From contig OZ024746.1 in NCBI GenBank assembly GCA_964016885.1, forward strand, positions 40,176,001 through 40,240,000: a DNA stretch of 64,000 nt, read 5' to 3'. Positions 25,830 to 37,726 of this stretch are shown piece after piece. Below the pieces are notes generated by a model. That model did no database searches. It was not told where the DNA came from and saw only the letters and a list, made by a program, of their open reading frames with translations. Within the stretch, counting starts at the first letter, position 1; every line of letters starts with the position of its first letter. The DNA is from Eledone cirrhosa. Its lineage: Eukaryota. The position numbers and the translations under genes are program-made.

Positions 25830-26710
25830 AAGCCTGACACGTCGAACTTTCTTTCCTCTTTCCAATATAAAGCGTGAAACTAATAACACTTCTTCCGAAC
25901 CCTTTTTCACTCACCACCCATTCCTTCCCATCTTCACTCTCCTCTTTCGTGATTCCCCCCCTTCTTCTTTCACCTCTCTTTCCCCTATCTTTGACCCTTG
26001 TTTCTTCCATTTCTCCACTTCCTTCACTTTCTCTCTCCTCTCCTTTCTCCCCTTCCTCACTCTCCTCCCATTTCTCCCCTATTTCACTCTCCTCACTCTC
26101 TTCATTTTGCCCTCTCCTTCCCACTCATATTCTGCCCTCTTCCCCCTTTCCCACTTTCTATGCCTGTCTTCCCTTCCTTCTCACTCTCATCACCTTCCTC
26201 CCTCTTCTTAGTTTCCTCCCTCTTCCTCTCTCTTTCCACCTCATATTCCCTCTCTTACCTCTCTTTTCACCACTTTTCCCCCTCTTGGCTGTGCTTCATC
26301 ACCTCATTAGTCGGCTTACCCACCTTGATCTCCTTTTCTCCCTGCTCTCCTTGCACTCCTTTTCTTCTTGCTCCCCTTGCTCTCTTTTTCTCCATACTCT
26401 CCTTTCTCTCCTTACTCTCTTTTTCTCCTTGTTTCCTTTGCTCTCCTTTTCTCCTTGCTCTCCTTTCTCCCCTTGCTCTCCTTTTCTGCCTGCTCTCATT
26501 GCTCTCCTTTTCTCCTTGCTCTCCCTTTCTCCTTGCTCTCTCTCTTTCTCCTTGCTCTCCTTACTCCCCTTTTCTCCTTGCTCTCCTTACTCTCCATTTC
26601 TCCCTGTTCTCCTTACTCTTCTTACTCTCCTTGATCTCTTTACACTCCTCTGCTATTCTTCCCCCCCCCCCCGCTCTCCCTGCTTTCCTTGATCATCTTA
26701 CTTCCTTTAC
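25830..26710. repeat. CT-rich polypyrimidine minisatellite (TTCTCCTTGCTCTCC-like units)
   Basis: About 880 bp almost all C/T on +; source of the spurious 272/274-aa ORFs. Confidence 0.85.
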
Positions 26711-29208
26711 TCCCCTTAGAAAGATTGTTTTTCGTTTTGTTTGTTTCCGTTCATTGTCTTGTCCTATATATATATATAAGGTTGTCCTCGTTTTGTGGAT
26801 TGGCAGTATCAGTAGAGGGTAGGACTCCATGGTTTGACGCATAGAGTTACGGCCCTTGCCATTCTGAGTTCAAATCCTGCCGAGGTTAACTTTGCCTTTC
26901 ATCTTTACGGGCTTGATAAAATAAAGTACCAGTAATACACTGGGTAATTGCTGGCCTTGTACCAAAAGTAGAAACAGTTAATTATGTATATAAACTTAAG
27001 AAATATATATATATAGGACAAGACAGCGAACGGAAACAAACACACATATATATATATATAATAATTGTTTCTACTGTAGGCACAAGGCCAGCAATTACCC
27101 AGTGCATTACTGGTACTTTATTTTATTGACCCCGTAAGGATGAAAGGCAAAGTCTACCTTGGCGGGATTTGAACTCAGATCGTAAAGGGACGTAACTATG
27201 CTGGAAAGCATGGTGTCTGACCCTCCACCGATACTGCCAATCCACTGCTGTTTATAATATATATAATAATACAAGGACGATTGGTTAAGCCTTAGTATCG
27301 GTAGAGGGTCGGACGCCATGCTTTGAAGCATAGAGTTACCTCCCTTTATGATCTGAGTTCAAATCTTGCCGAGGTTAACTTTGCCTTTCATCCTTACAGG
27401 GTCAATAAAATAAAGTACCAGTAATGCACTGGGATAATTGCTGGCCTTGTGCTACAAGTAGAAACAATTATGTTTATTGATTGGTGATGCGCATTTCGCT
27501 ATTGATCAGCTCAAGGTCTACCTGTATTGATCTGGCCCGACTCTGGAATCAAAAGCTCGTCGGACCTCTGTTGGAATAATGACATATATATATAATGATG
27601 ATGACGAGGTAAGAAAACAGCACTACAGAGAAGTAATTTAAAGTTAGAAATCTAAGTTTTATAATAGACCACATTTTCAGTAAGTGAGGGATTGTCATTT
27701 TGATTCTTTGCCAGCTCTGATTTAACTGAAGCCATATGCTATCTAGTCAAATAGTATACATCTGAAATGTAAATGAGAGTCCTCCAGTCATTCAATCTTT
27801 AATTAGTGGTTTTAACTCTTTCATTACTATATCTCTAAAGAAATACATTGCCTATGATTTTTCAATTAATTCTAAAAATAATCAAGAATTTAGAGGAAGT
27901 TAATAATATAACAAATATTTCCATTAAGTTGGTTTAAACCTTTAGCATTCACATTACTCTATATATACTATTATATTTTCATGGTAAAGGCTTTATCTTG
28001 CATAATTATCTCACATAATATCGAATCTATGAGATTTTGAAAGTATTTATTTTGAGAACAATACCTTAACATCAGTTTGAGCGACCAGTTACAGCCAGTT
28101 TCAACAAAATGAGGTAGAGAATTCTGGCCGGTTTTGGCCAGTTTGAACATTAAAGGGTTAAATTAAAATGGTTTAAATTTAAATATGATAAACAGTGTTG
28201 TGTTATAGAACCAGGGGCAGTCGATTAAATCAACCCAAATGCTTTACTGGTACTTTATTTTATCAACCCCGTAAGGATGAAAGGCAAAGCTAACTTTGGC
28301 AGGATTTGAACTCAGAACTACGTCCCTGTACATTCTATGTCACAAAGCATGTTGTCTGACACTCTACCTTCTTTATTGATAATAATAATTAATTGGGAAG
28401 AATTTAATGAAATAATTGAGTTTTTCATCATCAAGTTGTTGTTTGAAATACAACTTAAATAGTTCTGGCATCAAATTGTACTGGAACTTTTTGATATAAA
28501 TATGAATACTTTAAGATGGGGAATTTCTATCAAAGAACCAGGGGCAGGCTGGTATCAAAAGGGTTACAAGTCCATGATCTGCAACTAATTAATACACAGA
28601 ACAAACACACATATATTCACATACACGTACATATACTCACACAGATACATACACACACACATGCACACATACACACATATACACATATACATGCATACAC
28701 ACATATACACTCATATACACACACATATACAGACATACACATACACATATATGCATACATATGCACACACATAGACATTATACATACATGCAGACATACA
28801 CATTCACACACACATTCATATACACAGACACACACATACATGCACACACACATTCACATACATACATATACACATACACACACATACACACACACATACA
28901 TACATACAATCACACATGTATAGTGAAAAAGGTTCAAAAGATGTACACGAATCACATCATATAGAAAAAATAAAAAGTTTAGAATGTAATAAATATTTTT
29001 ACATATAATTCTTCCAGTTGACAATATAAAACAGAAATAGTCACCATTGTTTCTCAACCAGTTTCAGTCAGACCAGAAAAGTCTGGAACAATGATGGGAA
29101 CTGGCTATTTCTAGTTTATGTTGGCTTTTTGAAATTATGTAAAACAAAAAAAACAACATTTTAGTGCCTTTTTTTACATTTTACTTTTTACTTTTCCTGT
29201 ATATATTT

Positions 29209-29646
29209 CATCATCATCATCATCCTCATTCACCATCATTGTCATCATCGTCATTATTATCATCATCAGCATCATCATCGCCATCATTGCTATCATCATC
29301 ATTAACATTATCATCATCATTTCTATCATCACCAACACCACCACCACCACCACCACTTCCACCACCGTCGTCGCCATTGTCATCATCATCATCATCATCA
29401 TCCTCATTCACCATCATTGTCATCATCATCATCGGCATCATCATCGTCATTATTATCATCATCAGCATCATCATCGTCATCATTGCTATCATCATCATCA
29501 TCAACATTATCATCATCATTTCTATCATCACCAACACCACCACCACCACCACCACTTCCACCACCGTCGTCGCCGTTGTCATCGTCGTCATCATCATCAT
29601 CATCATCATCATTTTTTATCCACATCATCATCATCATCATCATCAT
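29209..29646. repeat. Compound (CAT/CAC)n microsatellite with an approximately 180-bp higher-order duplication
   Basis: The pattern CCTCATTCACCATCATTG...CCACTTCCACCACCGTCGTCGCC occurs twice. Confidence 0.85.
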
Positions 29647-29649
29647 TTT

Positions 29650-29888
29650 TTTGTCCATTTTAGTGAGAAGATACTGACAGAGTATTGTATTGACAACACC
29701 TGGTCCATCGTCAGACCATGCACAAACCACTACACCCAATCCTTTCTCACCAGAATGCCATCCCCCTGGGATTCTTTCCCATCCATGTTTTTTCCACCAG
29801 TCGTGTACTTGCAAATATTTGAGAGTAACATGTGTTGATCCTATTGGTCTTGGAAGTCCTGCAAAGGCAATGGACACAGCCCTTTCTT
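29650..29888 (-). other. Unidentified exon-like coding segment
   Basis: Strong acceptor tttcttttaagtttattttag| on -; raised GC; open frame ERAVSIAFAGLPRPIGSTHVTLKYLQVHDWWKKHGWERIPGGWHSGEKGLGVVVCAWSDDGPGVVNTILCQYLLTKMDKK running into an (ATG)n microsatellite. Confidence 0.4.
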
Positions 29889-31081
29889 CTAAAATAAACT
29901 TAAAAGAAAAGTAAAATCAAGTAATAAAGAAACAAATAAAATCATCGTCATCGTTTTTACAACTTTCCCATGCTGGCAGGAGCCAGACGAGAATTTTTGT
30001 AACAATGTTTTACAGACAGATGTCCATTTAGTTGCTTCTTAAGACACACAAGGATATGATGTACATATTCTAAACCGGAGACACAGATAAAAATTAAGGA
30101 TAAAAATAGAATTAGGATTAAATATAGAGTTAGTCTACAAGAAAGTATGGAATATTCCATCAGAAATATTCCAAGGAGGAAGAAAGATAAACAACATATT
30201 TTAGATTTTAACAAAGATAGCAATGGAAAAAAAATGTCTTTGTAATAATGCCAAAATACCATCACTGTATTCTAGTGACAGAAAGAAAAAACTGAAAGAT
30301 TGCTTAATAAGGAAAAAATTTATGTTGAAAAATAACAGAGTTTTAAGGAATAACTACAGAAAATAATCTAAACCTAGCCTAATGGTTAGGATGTTTGGCT
30401 CGCCAACATTAGTTTTGTGAGCTGGAATGGCTCTTCCAGCATGTATCTCCCTTACCATCCTCCGGGGGGAAACGCCTTCTCTATTCTGTCCACCGAGTCT
30501 TTGGGGTAGCCAGCACGTGGACCCCCAATTGCTCTTAATAGTGAGAGATGAAGAGAGCGGGAGAGACGATGGCATTGATAATGGGAGTTTGGTTCCTTTG
30601 TGTTCGGACCTGGTGTATATGTATAAGTTTCACAGACACACAATCATAAGCTTGTGAGTTGAATTCCTGACGACATATTGTGCCTATGAGCAACAGAATT
30701 TATTTCATATTGCTCCAGTCACCTCAATTAGAAAATAATGAAGTGTACCAATAATTTAGGTCAGCCATGTTACACACTGTTTTGTGCTAAATCTCCTTGA
30801 GAATTATGTTAAAGGTACACACATGTGTGGAATACTCAGCTACTTGCACCTTAATTTTATGAGCAGCCTGCTCCATTGATCAAACAGATGTCCAACGCAC
30901 ATACACACATACAATTTAAAATATTAATGATCTGTGTATCATCATCCTCGTCGTCTGGCTTAACATTTTACTTATTACAATCATTGGATCGTTTTGCACC
31001 CTTTTTTATAACATCTCTCCAGAGTGTTCATTGCAGGGATCGGTTTTTTGGTTCAGGTTCCAGGCTTTCAGAAGCTGCATA

Positions 31082-31297
31082 TTAACCCTTTAGCATTTAA
31101 ACCAGCTGTATCTGGCCAGAATTCTCTCACCACTTTCTGTTCAAACTGGCTGTAACCAGCCACCCATACTGATGTTAAGGTATTGTTAACAAAATAAATA
31201 ATATCAAAATCTCATAGATTCGATATTATGTGAGGTAAAGCCTTTACCATGAAAATATAATAGTAAATATAGAGTAATGTAAGTGCTAAAGGGTTAA
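31082..31297. mobile_element. piggyBac-type MITE family 1
   Basis: TTAA|CCCTTTAGCA...TGCTAAAGGG|TTAA; other copies at 24074-24248, 27934-28161 and 33842-34457 (the last with SINE-B nested). Confidence 0.85.
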
Positions 31298-32162
31298 GGC
31301 AAAAATGAGAAATAGAAATTACAGTAATTTTTTCTTTGCCATCTGTAATAACAATATCAAAAATAACAACATGAACCAGAGTGGGAGTCTCTATGCTGGC
31401 ACCTGACCTGCTTGATGAATCAGCCTAATTATTAATATGAAGAGCACATGTTATATATAGAGAAGCCAACCTTTATATACCAAAAACAAAATGACCATAG
31501 CTAGAATGCTGATGGAGTTATTTTTAATCTGCTATCATCATCATCGTCATTTTATGCCCATTTTCCATGCTTGCAGGGTTGGATGCGTCTTTCTTCTCCT
31601 GCACAGTCAGTGTCTCTTCATTTGTTGTGTTCCCTTATCCTCTCTGTAAGGTTCAGAGTTAACTGTGATCACCCTCTATAACTTCTTCCAATGACTTCCT
31701 TGGTCTTCCTCTTGTATAGGTAACTTCCTTAATCAGCTGGCCTCCTTATGCATCACTATATCTGATGCCTTTTATACCCAGTTTTTCTGTTAGTTAAGCT
31801 TCTAATATTATACATCCACATCCAATGGAGCATAACCACTTTATTTTTGTATCTTACAACAAAGGTTAAAGTTTGTCTCAAGCTCGGAGCTTTATGAGGC
31901 TGGAACTTACACCAGTTTTATTGGTGTTAAGCCACTGATAGTACAAATCTCTTTCATAGAGGGGAAGTGAAGCAGTCCATTGCAGGTTTAACTCCCAGTT
32001 AATGCTGCTACTCATTTTCAGCTGATCTGACTGGAGCAACATAAAGTAAAATATTTTTCTCAGAGCATCATGTGCTATCCTGTCCTAGAATCAAAATCAC
32101 CATATTAAAATCACAAGCCCAACACATGAACCACTAGGTTATTTGCCTATACAGCAGTAGGA

Positions 32163-32980
32163 TCATCATCATCATTTTACGTCTGCTTTTCCCTGCTTGC
32201 AAGGGTAGGACGGGTCTTATTCAGCACAGCATCTCTCCACTTGTCACAGTCCTTCGTCATCTCCACCGTGAGCTTCAGTGATCTGAGGTCTATTCTCACC
32301 ACCTCCGCCCATATTTTTCGTGGTCTACCTCTACCACGTCTTCATTCAACTGGCATTTCCTGGCACTTCTTCACCCATCGGTCATCCTCCATGCGTATCA
32401 CCGCAGTCTCCTCTCTCACACACTACATTCTATCCCTCTCAGACACAGTTTCTCTCTCAACACATCCATGCTGGGTCGTTCACGCACATTGATATTGCAC
32501 ATCCAACAGAGCATGCTTGTCTCATTTCTCTCCAGCCATCGCATATCCTCTGCAGTTGCTGCCCATGTCTCACTACCATGCAGCATCGCGCACCTCACAC
32601 AGGCATCATATAACCGGCCTTTCGTATGCAGGGAGAAACCCTTCTTCGTCAGCAGAGGAAGCAGCTCCCTAAACTTCTTTCAACCCGTCCTTATTCTAGA
32701 TACTATGGCCTCAAACCCCCCCCCCCCCCCCTCCCATGCTAATCTGATCTCCTAGGTACCGGAAGCTATCCACCACTTCTATAGCACCCGCCTGCATTTG
32801 AAAAATGTGTCTATCAATGCGACTTCTACTTTCCCTGTGCATCTACTGATGCGACGTCTAATTTCTCTGTATATCTACTGATACGTATTTCTCCCTACCT
32901 GTTAGTTTGCATGCTATCCCACTACATCTCTTGTGTACCCAGGATCTGCATTGAGTGCATTTTATAGAATTTATGCCAGT
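32163..32980 (-). mobile_element. Degenerate RTE-like LINE 3' portion
   Basis: MLHGSETW, GRPRK.W, NSIKCTQCRSWVHKRCSGI remnants; (CAT)n tail on +. Confidence 0.8.
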
Positions 32981-33321
32981 GATACCAGTGATAAAATGGT
33001 TTTGAGTTTGGAATCTTACCCATAGCACTTCCAGTTGGTAGAAGAATTTGGTAAAGTAGCTCTCTAAAAATAGTTCTCTTAATACTTTGCAAATAATATT
33101 TTTATGTATTTTTTTTTCTGGGTTAATATTTAGATTCTTGCTAATAAAACTGCTTTGAGATTTGTTTCTTGAGTTATTTTTAGAATAACTTAAACATAAG
33201 CTGCAATTAATGCTTTGTAGTATAATAATTTCTCAATGTATTGTTTATGTATTTAATTTCATGGTGACTGAAAATTGGGTTCTTGAAACTTTCATTTATA
33301 TAGAGTGGGCTGTGTCATACA

Positions 33322-33362
<41 letters not shown>

Positions 33363-33662
33363 ATGTGTGTATGTGTGTATGTATGTGAAGGCATGTAACC
33401 TAGTAGTTAGGGTGTTGGACATATGTTCAGAATGTCAGGGTTTCGATTCCTGGACAGGTTTGTGCATTGTGTTCATGTAAGCAAAACACTTCATTTCACA
33501 TTAGTCCAATACACTCAGCTGAAAATAAATTCCCACAGCAGCTAAGGATTAATCCTGTGATGAACTGGTGCCCTTTCCAGGGGTAAGTCTCATACTCTCA
33601 GTCACTTAATGCCAATGAAACCAGGATAAGCATCAGCCTGATGAGTCTCTGGGCTTTGAACA

Positions 33663-33706
<44 letters not shown>

Positions 33707-36700
33707 TTGTTCAAAGCCCACACACAGTTGTGGACACAAATGAAACCAAAGTGTAATCAACACATCATGTGGAAGTTGAGTATTTATATTAACATTTTGA
33801 TTTAATTTTTGATTACCAGTGGTTTCAAGATGAAAACATGTCTAACCCTTTAACATTAACATTACTCCATATTTATTATTATATTTTCACAGTAAAGGCT
33901 TTATTTCACATAATATCGAATTTATGAGATTGTGATATCATTTATTTTGAGAACAATACCTTAAACATCAGTGTGAGTTGTCAGTTATGGCTGGTTTAAA
34001 CAGAAAGAGGTGAGAGAATTCTGGCCAGATATCATCATCATCATCATCATCATTTCATTTTACGTCCGCTTTTCCCTGCTTGCAAGGGTGGGACAGGAAC
34101 TGATTCTGGCTTGATTTCTACAGCTGGATGCCCTTCCTAACACTAACCTCATTTACATATGCTGGGTGCTTTTTTCCGTGGCACCTACACGTCCTCTTTA
34201 CAGTGTGGGCTGGGTGCTTTTTTGCCGTGGCACCTCCACGATCACTCTACAGTGGAATGATATGGACCCCAGTCCCTATCATCTCATTTCTACAGCTGAG
34301 TAAACTGGAGCAATGTGAAATAAAGTGTCTTGCTCAAGGAAACAACACATCACCTGGTCTAAGAATTGAACTCACAACCTTTCGATTGCAAGGCCAATGC
34401 TCTAACCACTAAGCCATGTGCCTCCACATGTGGCCAGTTTAAATGCTAAAGGGTTAAAACCAATACTAAGCAGCATAGATAGCAAATTAAAACAATGTCA
34501 ACCACGTGGACTTTAAAAATTTCCCATAATTCTTCTTTGCCCACTTATTTTTAAGAGGGTTATGGGGGAAGAGTCTTCAGACATGACTTTTTTAGGGTTC
34601 TATCAAAAGCAACCATCTTCAAATGATCCAGCTGGATTCTGAAGTGATCCCAAAGTTATAGATGTTATCCATTCATCTTGCTCATAGTCTATCTCTGGGT
34701 CTCCAGACAGTTGACTTTGCCTGCAAAATCTGACCTGCAATTCTTTCCAAAGTGGATATTATAGTAATGTCAAACTAACTCTTTGTACACCAGTGAAACC
34801 AAATTGTCCTGTACAGTGTATCATCTATGTAGTAATATGAGTGGAACTATTTTGCTGTTGTATCCAGTATTTTTAGCATAGGAATACAATATATCTGCTC
34901 TCAGCTCACTTTTGAATTATAACACTCACTTTATACAGTGTAAATTTGATGTGCAATGCATTAGCAGTTCTCAAACTGAAAAATACTAGATTTCTTCTTC
35001 CTCATACTTATTCCTGGGAGGGTATAGGTCAGTCCTCAAACACTCTTTCAAGCAGGTCTTGCCAGAAGCAACTGTCTCCAATTGATCTGGCTGGATCCAG
35101 ACAAGCTCATAGATGCTATCCAATTATTTTGCTTAGGGTCTAACTCTGGGTCTCCTACCGGTTGGTTTTGTCTGTAAAATCTGCCCAGCGATTATTTTCT
35201 GAGACATTCTAACCACATGCCTGTAGTATTGGAGCTGTGATCTCTCAATTCAGAGAAGTAGTGGCTCTACTTGGAGTGACTCTTTGATCTCTAAGCTACG
35301 TACTTTATCATTACTACAAAGACTCTTTGAAGGAACCTCATTTCAGCCATTTGTATTCACGATCGTATTCAAATGCCAGACTCTTAACAAAAACATTAGT
35401 GAAATGTTTTGGAACCACACTTTCTATTAATGAGAAAACAAAATAGAGTTATATAACATAGCATAATCTCATTATAATAGAATTATATTATAATAGAATC
35501 ATGACTATAAAAATTTGTCCGCCAACTTTTCAATTCTCATAGGCCCCACCTATTAGAAAAACACTTCAATACAATGAGGTGACCTCATTCTCATTCAGGC
35601 ACTCTTCCAACTTTACAGGATATAAAGCCCATTGGATATTATCCAGAAGAGTGAGAAAGAAAACTGAACCTTTGGAGGATGGTTGAGATATAAGATTGAA
35701 CATGGGAGAGACACATTTCAACACATGAAAATGATGCAGTTGGTGAAATAGTTAGTAATCACATGACCAAATTCACATGATTATTTCTAAAGATGAAATA
35801 TCTGGTAGAGGTATAATAGTTGTAAACTGGTGATGCATGAGAAGCAAATAAAACTAAAATACAAATACTAATAAATAGAATAATTTTTTAAAAAAAGGGC
35901 TTTGTATTTATATCACAAGATGACTAGGAACAAAGATTAGAAACCATTCATAACAACCCACTCAAAGGTTTGCGTGTATGTGTGTAAGTATATATATAGT
36001 GAGAGAATGATAGATAAATACACACACAACGTATATGTATATATATATATATATATGCATATACTTACACATACACACATATATATAAAGTACCCCATAG
36101 CCAGCACTCCCCATCTTACTCCGTCTTGATCATGAGTGTCTTGAAACAAGATACCTTCTTGAGGATTGGTGCTCCAGTAAATGGCACTTGTTACACTCTG
36201 TAAAATAGAGGACATTTAGAGGTAAACAACATAGGGTAGAGAAGGCTCTTAATATCTAGGACAGCACAACCTCATTTGTGATGGTTCTAGGATAAAGTGC
36301 ACCCAATATGCTCTGTAAAGTGGTTGGTGCTAGGAAGGGAATTTAGCTAAAGAAACCTTGCCAAAAAATTAAAACGGTTGAAAGTATTCTTTAGTTATGT
36401 GGAGGGCATGACGATCTCCTTAGTGCTAGTTCCACAATAAAACACATCCAGTGCACTTTGTAAAGTGGTTGACATTAAGAAGAGCATCCAGCTGTAGGAA
36501 CCATGTCAAAACTGGAATGTATGTAAACGAGGTATTCCCAACTGTCTAGGAAAATAATATCTCTGATAAAGTACTGGCTAATTCTGTAATGATCTGTCCA
36601 ACTAATGGCAGCATGGAAAAACAGATGTAAAATGATCAAAATGATGATGATGATATATATATATCATCATCATCATCATAATCTTTTTTACATCTGCTTT

Positions 36701-37726
36701 TCCATGCTTGCAAGGGTTATATATATATATATATATGTACAGTAGGGCAGATACCAATCGAATTGTTTGAGGCAGCTACAAAGCATTCAATAGAGTGAAA
36801 AGTTGATAAATTTTTTGTCCAGAGTAAATGTGAAATTATAAAAGTGTGACACCATGAACAAATCAACACGTTGTATGTGGCCATGGTATATAGCCACAAC
36901 AATGACAAATATGAACAGGTAGGAAACTAACCTGGACCATCTCAAATCATTAAAAATCTTCAATATGTTTCTCGGACTCTGGGAAAAAGGCATCATGAGT
37001 TGCAAAATGCATATACAAGTCATAAATGCACCTGACAGGTATTTTTGCGATGAATCTGGAGTCCGTTCATCAGTAGGTGTTTGTTCATTATTACCGTTTT
37101 TGGTTCTGCCAGAGAATCAAGGAAGCATTACACAACAATAGTAAACTCTCCCACATTATCATGTGACCTCCCTCAAAAGAGGAAGGTCATATGGAAGAAT
37201 GTTAGGCAGGCAAATTCAAGGTGTGAACGAAGAGATTTTCACAGCCCCAAAGAAAGTTATTAGTGAATCATATAAAACTAGGGGAATAATATTATATTAG
37301 GTATAAATCGAGGTTTTAGCTGCAATAAGGCAGATACCAATCAAATTGTTTGAGGCAGTCCCAAAGCACTCAATGGTGTGAAAAGTTAATAAATTTTTCA
37401 TCCAGAGTAAACATATATATATATATATATGTATGTGGAGGCACATGGCTTAGTGGTTAGAGCATTGGGCTTACAATCAAAAGGTTGTGAGTTCAATTCT
37501 CAGACCAGGTGATGTGTTGTTTCCTTGAGCAAGGCACTTTGTTTCACATTGTTTCAGTTTACTCAGCTGTAGAAATGAGATGATAGGGACTGGGGTCCCT
37601 ATCATTCCACTGCAAAAAGTGGTTGTGGAGGTGCCACGGCAAAAAAGCACCCAGCCCCAACTGTACACTATCAGACCGTCTTCTTCAGAAACAATTGAAA
37701 GGAATAAATATATATATGTATGTATA

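Noticed and set aside
25874-26822. 272-aa and 274-aa ORFs
   Set aside because: Translations of a CT-rich repeat; low-complexity L/S/P/F only.
29740-29888. In-frame TGA as selenocysteine in the alternative minus frame (…GMAFW*ERIGC…)
   Set aside because: No recognisable selenoprotein motif or SECIS element; another frame is fully open.
37440-37510. tRNA gene-like sequence
   Set aside because: It has A/B boxes but no acceptor stem, and it continues into the SINE body, so it is a SINE head.
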